This document shows, in pieces, positions 57,329 through 64,000 of a DNA stretch of 64,000 nucleotides; position 1 is the first letter of the stretch; each line of letters begins with the position of its first letter. The stretch is from Promethearchaeota archaeon (GTDB taxonomy: Archaea; Asgardarchaeota; Lokiarchaeia; Sigyniarchaeales; SOKP01): assembly GCA_030599585.1 (NCBI GenBank), contig JAUVNS010000006.1, positions 64,001-128,000 of the forward strand, given 5' to 3'. The position numbers and the translations under genes are program-made. The notes under the pieces are model-generated. The model did no database searches. It saw nothing but the letters and a program-made list of their open reading frames with translations, and was not told the origin of the DNA.

Positions 57329-58531
57329 ATGGAATATAATTTTAATAGATTTATTGATCGTAGGGATTCGTTTTCTCTTAAATGGAGTAAAGAAGCGCTC
57401 CAGATGGTTTTTAAAAAGGATGATGATGATCTTTTACCACTCTGGGTAGCAGATATGGATTTTGAATGTCCAAAACCCGTGGTTGATGCTCTTAAAAAGG
57501 AAGCAGAAGGATGTGTCTACGGGTATAATTGGCACGGCACTCCTAAATATTTTGATGCGGTAACCGGATGGATGGACCGAAGACACCAATGGAAAGTTGA
57601 TCCTAAATGGATTGTATATAGCCCCGGGATAGTTCCCGCTATTAACATGATGGTTCAGACGTATTCAAACATAGGAGATAAAATCATCGTTCAACCTCCA
57701 GTGTATTATCCTTTCTTTAGTGCGGTGACCGCAAATGGAAGACGACTCTTGTTAAACCAATTACATTATGAGAATCAGAAATATACATTTGATTTCGAAG
57801 ATTTTGAAGAGAAAGCAAAAGACCCACTTGCTAAGATATTTATTCTTTGTAGCCCTCATAATCCCGTAGGAAGAGTATGGACCAGGGAAGAACTCAAAAA
57901 ATTAGGAGATATATGTTTAGAACACGATATATTGATCATATCTGATGAGATTCACCACGATCTCGTACTTCCAGGGAATAAACACACGGTATTCTCAACT
58001 ATCTCTGAAGAATTTGAACAAAAAACTATAGTTTGTACAGCACCAAGTAAGACGTTCAATCTTGCGGGTTTACAGGTATCTAATATCGTAATACCTAATG
58101 AAAAAATGCGTCAATCGTTTATTAATACCATCGTTAATAAAAACGGAATAGGGATACCAAACTCGTTTGGAATCGTGGCAATGATAGCGGCATACAACGA
58201 AGGAGAGGAATGGTTGGAACAAGTACTAAGATATATAGATTCTAATTTCGGATATTTAAAAGATTTTATTAGAAGCAAAATTCCTAATGTCAAATATATT
58301 GAACCAGAAGGAACCTATCTTGCATGGCTAGACTTTAATTTGTTGGGCTTGAATGATGAGGAGTTAAAAAATGTCATTTTAAACAAAGCAAATATAGCAC
58401 TCGATGGGGGTAAATTATTTGGAGCTGGTGGAGAGGGATTTCAAAGAATTAATGTGGCTTGTCCAAAATCAATTCTTGAAGAAACAATGCAAAGAATTAC
58501 AAAAGCAATAGATCAACTTAAAAAAGTATAA
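57329..58531 (+). CDS. PatB/MalY family PLP-dependent C-S lyase / aminotransferase
   Basis: LPLWVADMDF, LCSPHNPVGRVW, ISDEIH, PSKTFNLAGL, EGTYLAWLD, RINVACP. Confidence 0.95.
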   Translation: MEYNFNRFIDRRDSFSLKWSKEALQMVFKKDDDDLLPLWVADMDFECPKPVVDALKKEAEGCVYGYNWHGTPKYFDAVTGWMDRRHQWKVDPKWIVYSPGIVPAINMMVQTYSNIGDKIIVQPPVYYPFFSAVTANGRRLLLNQLHYENQKYTFDFEDFEEKAKDPLAKIFILCSPHNPVGRVWTREELKKLGDICLEHDILIISDEIHHDLVLPGNKHTVFSTISEEFEQKTIVCTAPSKTFNLAGLQVSNIVIPNEKMRQSFINTIVNKNGIGIPNSFGIVAMIAAYNEGEEWLEQVLRYIDSNFGYLKDFIRSKIPNVKYIEPEGTYLAWLDFNLLGLNDEELKNVILNKANIALDGGKLFGAGGEGFQRINVACPKSILEETMQRITKAIDQLKKV

Positions 58532-58549
58532 TAAAATTTAAAAAAAAAA

Positions 58550-59404
58550 CTAGTTTGGTTTTATAGCTCGAACTTTAAGGCTAACTGCGGGAATAGAGTT
58601 GGCAAATTCATTCATTTTTTCCAGTCTTTCTTTTGGAATTGTACTAGCATCAACAATTTCTCCAGTTTCAGCTTTATAAGCTATAGATGGTGATCCACAA
58701 GAAGTCTCCTCAGTAACTTCGCCTAAATTAAAGCCAACTTCTTTAATCACCCCTAAATAATCGTCTTTTAACATAGCACCTGCTACACAACCAGCATACG
58801 CACCCACATTTTGCTTGACGCTTTCGGGTAATTCCTCATAAAGAACAATATCTGAGACAACTATCCTTCCACCTGGCTTCAATACCCTGTATGCTTCTTG
58901 ATATACCTTCTTTTTATCAGTTGACAGGTTAATAACACAATTAGAGATTATAACATCTACAGTATTGTCTGCAACTGGTAAATTTTCGATTTCTCCTAGT
59001 CTAAATTCTACATTTTCATATTTCCCTTTTATTGCGTTCTCTCTTGCTTTATCAAGCATCTGATAAGTCATATCTACTCCAATGACTTTTCCTGATTCAC
59101 CAACCTTATTAGCTGCTAGAAAACAATCAATACCCGCACCAGAGCCTAGATCAAGCACTACTTCACCTGCTTTAAGGTCAGCAGACGCTGTAGGGTTCCC
59201 ACATCCAAGACCTAAGTTTGCTCCCTCAGGGAGATTTTTTAATTCTTCAATACTGTAACCCAATTCATTGATACTTTCCGTGGGCCCGCAGCATGAAGAT
59301 GCTGCTTTTGGTTCTGCAGAAGGAGAGCAACAGCTCGAACTCGAAAAGTTTGCAATTTTGCTGTATTGGTCTCTTACCATTTTTTTTATTTCGTTATCTT
59401 CCAT
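58550..59404 (-). CDS. arsM: Arsenite S-adenosylmethionine methyltransferase
   Basis: LGLGCGNP, VLDLGSGAGIDC, ISNCVINL, GCVAGA, N-terminal CC pairs. Confidence 0.93.
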   Translation of the reverse strand: MEDNEIKKMVRDQYSKIANFSSSSCCSPSAEPKAASSCCGPTESINELGYSIEELKNLPEGANLGLGCGNPTASADLKAGEVVLDLGSGAGIDCFLAANKVGESGKVIGVDMTYQMLDKARENAIKGKYENVEFRLGEIENLPVADNTVDVIISNCVINLSTDKKKVYQEAYRVLKPGGRIVVSDIVLYEELPESVKQNVGAYAGCVAGAMLKDDYLGVIKEVGFNLGEVTEETSCGSPSIAYKAETGEIVDASTIPKERLEKMNEFANSIPAVSLKVRAIKPN

Positions 59405-59476
59405 TTAAATCACTCTTAAACCTTTTTTTAAAGAAAATTTTAAGTTTTTCTTCTTAAGAAGTTATAGTTAATGCAA

Positions 59477-59510
59477 TTATATAAAGGATCCGAATATTTA
59501 GGATCCGAAA
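59477..59510 (-). promoter_or_regulatory. arsM promoter: TATA box with an adjacent GGATCC-N9-GGATCC operator-like site
   Basis: On +: TTATATAAAGGATCCGAATATTTAGGATCCGAAA. Confidence 0.5.
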
Positions 59511-59539
59511 TAAATTTCATATTAAAACCAGAGTAACTT

Positions 59540-60019
59540 TTAGCAAGAATCTAATTCAGTATCTACTAAAGATTTGTCCAATTTTTTTAAGAGAATTGTT
59601 AGGAGTTGAATGTCATTAGGATCAAATCCGCTACAACAATTATCTAAAATGGAATTAATATTGGGAGTCTCTTTTTCAAGTTTTTTACCTTTATCGGTAA
59701 GCATAACTAGGACACTCCTCCGATCCTCAGGATTCATTTTTCGAATTACGACATCTTTTTTCTCCATCGTGTCTACAATCCCAGTTATCGTTGATTGAGA
59801 GCAACAACACGCTTCGGCTAATTGTTTGAATTTAATACCGTCATTTTTCCAAAGTTGCTGCAAGATTGAATATTGAGCGGTTGTGAGGTTTTCTTTTTGA
59901 ATTATTTTTCGCTGTAATTTTTCAAATTTTTTATTTATTCTATTGTTCAATTTGTAAATTTCTGAGAAATCAAGGACAACGCAGTTGTTATTCTCACAAT
60001 TAGTATTTTTATCTGACAT
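59540..60019 (-). CDS. Cys-rich MarR family transcriptional regulator
   Basis: LT.AQY.IL..L, LAE...SQSTITGIVD.MEKK..V.R..NPEDRRS..V.LT.KG, with CCC, CC and terminal Cys. Confidence 0.92.
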   Translation of the reverse strand: MSDKNTNCENNNCVVLDFSEIYKLNNRINKKFEKLQRKIIQKENLTTAQYSILQQLWKNDGIKFKQLAEACCCSQSTITGIVDTMEKKDVVIRKMNPEDRRSVLVMLTDKGKKLEKETPNINSILDNCCSGFDPNDIQLLTILLKKLDKSLVDTELDSC

Positions 60020-60195
60020 AAGCTTATTTTTTAATTATTAGGTAATAAAATATTTGTACCCTTAATATATTTATTTTTTATCTCATATTTAATCTTTCAT
60101 ATTAAAATGTGCTAAAGAGTATATTTCCGAAAACCAAAACCAAACTTAAACAAAAACAATAATACAAAACAACGTAAAAAAAAGAAAAAAGAGAA

Positions 60196-61569
60196 TTATT
60201 TAGGATTTTCATTTCTAACTATTGTAGCAATAGACATGCCAAAGCCAACGCACATACTGCTAATAGCGAATTCGTCTCCAGTTTTCTCTAGTTGAAGAAC
60301 ATTAGAACCAATTAATCTGCAACCTGTCATTCCAGTTGGGTGTCCTAGAGCAATGGCTCCACCCCATGGATTAAAATTAGGAGCATTCCAATCTAAACCC
60401 AATTCTTTACAACAAGCATAGATTACTGGACTAAAAGCTTCATTGATTTCAATATAACTCATATCATCAAATGTCATATTTGCTCTTTTTAGTGCTTCCG
60501 GCATTGATTTAACAGGACCATCTAGCATTATTATGGGATCGGTTCCAACAATGGCAAAATTTAGGATTGTGGCGCGTATTTTTAGCCCTAGTTCTTCTGC
60601 TAGACTTCTTGTCATCCAGATTTGTGCTGCAGCTCCATCGCTAGTAGGACAACTATTTCCAGCAGTTAAGAACGCTTGACTTTTTCGACCTGTAATTGTT
60701 CTCAAGCCTGCGAGTGCTTCCATAGTAGAGGAGGGGCGAGGAGCTTCGTCGCGAGAAGTTAAAACAGAAAGACTCTCATTTTTTGCAACATTATTGTTTT
60801 CGTCTAGCGTAGGTTTTCCATTTTCATCCAGTTTTGGGCACCATATTGGCTCAATTTCTTTTCCTCTGTCATCCCATGCTTTATCTGCTTTTTGATGGGA
60901 AAGTAAAGAGAGTTGATCTAATTCTTGTTTGAAATTATCTTTTAATTCTCCCTTAAACTCTTTAGGCGTTATCCCATTATGTTTGGAGAAATAATGTATC
61001 CCTAATACATGCGCACTTGTAATTTGCCCCGCAAGAGCGGTTTTGTGCTCTTTTATTTTTGCAGCAACTTCGGGATTCGTTAAAATCTTCTTATTGGGAG
61101 CAATCATTAAAGGTTTTCCCAATTCTTCATTAAATACAAAGGCGTCAGCCATAATAGGGTATTTATTTTGAATTTCTATACCTCCGCAAATGACAGCATC
61201 GTGCACACCACTAGCTATTGCTTGCCACGCAGATAAAACAGCTTGAGCACCACTCGCACAGTGTCTATTGAGACTCATCCCCCCTACACTCACAGGAAGA
61301 TGCGCGCCTAATGCTGCACTTCTTCCAATATCTAAAGCACATTCACCTATTTGACTATTACATGATACCATTGAATCACCGATAAGGCTCAAATCAAAAT
61401 CATTTCGCTTTATTAAAGCTTCATAACAATGTATTATTAGATCATCTCCTCTATGCCTTACGATAGTCCCTCTCCTCTTACCTATTGGAGTCCTCACATA
61501 ATCGACCAAGACAGGTTCACGTTTTGGATCTTTGAAATATTTTTCATATAAACTTACTGCTTCTGTCAT
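60196..61569 (-). CDS. Acetyl-CoA C-acyltransferase (thiolase)
   Basis: RTPIGK, NRHCASG, TAGNS..SDGAAA, EINEAF, GGAIALGHP.G.TG, MCVGFG. Confidence 0.95.
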   Translation of the reverse strand: MTEAVSLYEKYFKDPKREPVLVDYVRTPIGKRRGTIVRHRGDDLIIHCYEALIKRNDFDLSLIGDSMVSCNSQIGECALDIGRSAALGAHLPVSVGGMSLNRHCASGAQAVLSAWQAIASGVHDAVICGGIEIQNKYPIMADAFVFNEELGKPLMIAPNKKILTNPEVAAKIKEHKTALAGQITSAHVLGIHYFSKHNGITPKEFKGELKDNFKQELDQLSLLSHQKADKAWDDRGKEIEPIWCPKLDENGKPTLDENNNVAKNESLSVLTSRDEAPRPSSTMEALAGLRTITGRKSQAFLTAGNSCPTSDGAAAQIWMTRSLAEELGLKIRATILNFAIVGTDPIIMLDGPVKSMPEALKRANMTFDDMSYIEINEAFSPVIYACCKELGLDWNAPNFNPWGGAIALGHPTGMTGCRLIGSNVLQLEKTGDEFAISSMCVGFGMSIATIVRNENPK

Positions 61570-61732
61570 ACATCTTCACATCAGATTAAATTTTAGTGGA
61601 TCAAATGATTGTTAATTTTTTAATGTACTTTAAAAAGCGGATTATGCATAATCATTCATTTTAAAATTAGATGTAAGAATATTTAGATGGGAAAGAGTGA
61701 ATCTTATATTTTATGACAACTCTTACTTAATA

Positions 61733-64000
61733 TTAAGTTTCTAAGTAAATCGCTGGTTTTTTAGGTAAAGCTTTAGTTGATCGCTTTTTAGGGTCGTATT
61801 CTGAATTAATGATTATGTTGCTGTTGATTCTTTTTTCAATATAACCTTTGTATTCTTCTAATAGATCCTTTTCATTTAAAGGAGTTAGATCCTTTTCCCA
61901 AATCCGATTCTTTATCTGATTTTTGACAAATGGAATCAAGTTCGGATTTTTTATAAAATCCGGTATGTGCTTACATTCATCTATAATCTCCTTGAAATTT
62001 CCCTCTTTTGAAGTAGTTATTTTTAAAGCCTCGTATTTCCAACTTGGAGCAGTGTACAGATAAAATTTGCTTAGATTATTGGACGAAACAATTTTTTGAA
62101 TATTTAGAATGTCAGCGATTACGTTAGAAATATAGTCAAATTCAGTTTCGATATCGTTGTTGATATACCTTTTGTCAAAATCGTCCCAAATGACAGTTGA
62201 AAGGAACTCGGTATTGCCCATCATTTCCCATAGTTCTTCGCATAAGTGAGGCATGGTTAATGAAAGTATTTTTACCCAGTTTGGAAAAATAATTTTATAT
62301 ACTTCTAAAATATCATTTGCATCTTCGCAAAATCTATTAAAATCTTGAATTATGTTAAAAACCTCGTAAAAAGAAAGTTGAAGGTATTTTCTTATGTTTA
62401 AATCTTTCAAACCAATTTCCGCTTCAACAAATTTCTTAGTGCATTTCGATAAAATGATTTTCGCATATTTTGTGTTAAGGTTAGCTATTTTTCCCTCAAT
62501 TTTACTTAATTTACCTGTATTTTCCGAAATAAAATTATAGAACCGCATTATGTGATTTTGTACAATTTGTAATTGTTTCTCACGCCAATCTACGCTAATT
62601 CCAAAGTCAGCACTATGACAGATATAAAATCTAAATAAATCAGCCGAGTAATCAGCTTTAATATTTGCGATTGAAATTACGTTTCCTTTAGATTTTCCCA
62701 TTTTTTGACCTTCAATAATTACCGGTTCTATTAGAGAAACAATTTTTGGCCAGTGTTCTTCGGGAAAAATAGCGACATGATGGAAGATATAAAAGCTCAA
62801 ATGATTGGAAATGTGCATAATTGCCGTATGTCTGTGATCTACGGGATACCAATAAAAAAACTCTTGTTGCATTTGTTCTAATACAGTTACTTCAATCTTA
62901 GTTTGGTTAGACAAACTCCTAATATCACCTATATTTAATAAAACATAATCAAAAAACGCGGGCGTAAGCTGCTCTGGTTTGATATCGTTTTTCTTTATCA
63001 GATGTATTATGGTGTAGAAACACATATATATTGTTGAATCGCTTAATGACTCGATAATCCAATTTTTATCAAATGGAAGTATAGTTCCAAGACCTCTCTT
63101 CCGCGCACAAGGTCTTTTCTCTAACCAATTAAACACATGCTCAAAATTCTTGCGATATTTTTTGGGGACAATTTCCATATTGCTCAAGCATTTTGACGCT
63201 TTTTGCTTCCAATCTCCCGCATTAAAATTTAGGAACCATTGATCGCTTAATATCGAAACCAATATTTCTTTTCCACATTTACATTTAAGATCCTTAGTAA
63301 CAGGTAGGAAAATCTTATCTGCCTTTTCGTCCTCAATTAAATCGTCAATAACCTTAACCACCGCCTCGTTTACTTTCATTCCTTTATATTTTCCGCACTT
63401 ATCGTTCAGAACACCGCTATAAAATTCCACCTTATAATTCTCAGCTGTTGCTTTATCTAATTTTTCAAAATCTGTTTGAGTATGGACATCGTATTTTTCG
63501 CAATACGCTTTTGCTGGAAAATCTTTGAAATCCAGTAAGTCAATGATTTGAATAGGCTCTATTTTCTTTATTTCCTCTGAATTTAATTTGAACTCTTTTA
63601 TAGCTACCTTATTTTTTTGTAGGTCTAATAATGCTACATAATCGTATGGGGCGTGGGCAGGAACGGAGTAGACTACGCCAGTAGCAACCGTAGTGTCTAC
63701 GAAATCTCCCGGCAAAATTAGAAGATCTCGGCTTCCATCGATACTTTTAACCTTTTTTCCAATTAAATCTACTCCCTTAAATTTCTCGAGTATCTCTACA
63801 TCTTTATTCTGATTTCTTAATAGTAATGTTGCTTCCTCAGAAATAACCCATGTATCCCCATTCACTCTAGCGTAAACATATGTACCAGCAGGGTTCATCC
63901 AGAGGTTAGTCGCACCGTAGATTGTTTCGGGTCTCAATGTAGAAGGAACTAAATAAGCGTCCTCAAATGGAAATTTAATGCAAGTGTATTCGTTAATGTC
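61733..64000 (-). CDS. leuS: Leucine--tRNA ligase, archaeal type (5' end lies beyond the window)
   Basis: TLRPET.YGATN.W, ATGVV.SVPAHAPYDY, DQWFL, GLGT.LP.D..WIIESLSDSTIY, NHL, KMGKSKGN. The frame stays open to the window edge. Confidence 0.95.
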   Translation of the reverse strand, partial: DINEYTCIKFPFEDAYLVPSTLRPETIYGATNLWMNPAGTYVYARVNGDTWVISEEATLLLRNQNKDVEILEKFKGVDLIGKKVKSIDGSRDLLILPGDFVDTTVATGVVYSVPAHAPYDYVALLDLQKNKVAIKEFKLNSEEIKKIEPIQIIDLLDFKDFPAKAYCEKYDVHTQTDFEKLDKATAENYKVEFYSGVLNDKCGKYKGMKVNEAVVKVIDDLIEDEKADKIFLPVTKDLKCKCGKEILVSILSDQWFLNFNAGDWKQKASKCLSNMEIVPKKYRKNFEHVFNWLEKRPCARKRGLGTILPFDKNWIIESLSDSTIYMCFYTIIHLIKKNDIKPEQLTPAFFDYVLLNIGDIRSLSNQTKIEVTVLEQMQQEFFYWYPVDHRHTAIMHISNHLSFYIFHHVAIFPEEHWPKIVSLIEPVIIEGQKMGKSKGNVISIANIKADYSADLFRFYICHSADFGISVDWREKQLQIVQNHIMRFYNFISENTGKLSKIEGKIANLNTKYAKIILSKCTKKFVEAEIGLKDLNIRKYLQLSFYEVFNIIQDFNRFCEDANDILEVYKIIFPNWVKILSLTMPHLCEELWEMMGNTEFLSTVIWDDFDKRYINNDIETEFDYISNVIADILNIQKIVSSNNLSKFYLYTAPSWKYEALKITTSKEGNFKEIIDECKHIPDFIKNPNLIPFVKNQIKNRIWEKDLTPLNEKDLLEEYKGYIEKRINSNIIINSEYDPKKRSTKALPKKPAIYLET

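Noticed and set aside
874-59798. The many 60-140 aa ORFs overlapping longer genes (e.g. 874, 3676, 10069, 13747, 50666, 54128)
   Set aside because: They are antisense or out-of-frame shadows of well-supported genes with no recognisable motifs. The similar shadows at 44329, 46178 and 48111 simply mirror paralogous sense genes.
1-64000. tRNA, rRNA or selenoprotein (in-frame TGA readthrough) genes
   Set aside because: No GC-rich structured RNA segments were seen, and no recognised gene appears truncated at a TGA with homology continuing. A tRNAscan-SE or Infernal run would be needed to exclude them fully.

Overview
AT-rich prokaryotic DNA, almost certainly from an Asgard archaeon of the Lokiarchaeia type. 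The evidence is an archaeal-type LeuRS, TATA-box promoters, oligo-T terminators, three Rab-like small GTPases and many TPR and longin-like proteins. The left part (1-35.3 kb) is mostly metabolic. It holds a small GTPase/TrmB-like pair; a carbohydrate/C1 region with five URO-D/MtaA-family paralogues, a sulfatase, GH172, a GH36-like enzyme and sugar MFS transporters; a bacterial-type ValRS; a 2-oxoacid:ferredoxin oxidoreductase operon whose beta subunit is circularly permuted; an ADP-forming acyl-CoA synthetase alpha; methylmalonyl-CoA mutase; and DUF35. The right end (56-64 kb) has two thiolases, PatB/MalY, a Cys-rich MarR with arsM, and the 3' part of leuS. Between them (about 35.4-55.9 kb) is the best candidate for an undescribed system, a ~20 kb signalling island. 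It encodes two 7-TM proteins with C-terminal longin-like domains, two Rab-like GTPases, five TPR-longin proteins with divergent N-termini, two tandem-wHTH-TPR regulators, gene relics and two small ORFs behind a shared palindromic promoter element. No tRNA, rRNA, CRISPR array or transposase was seen. All family assignments come from reading motifs by eye, not from database searches.
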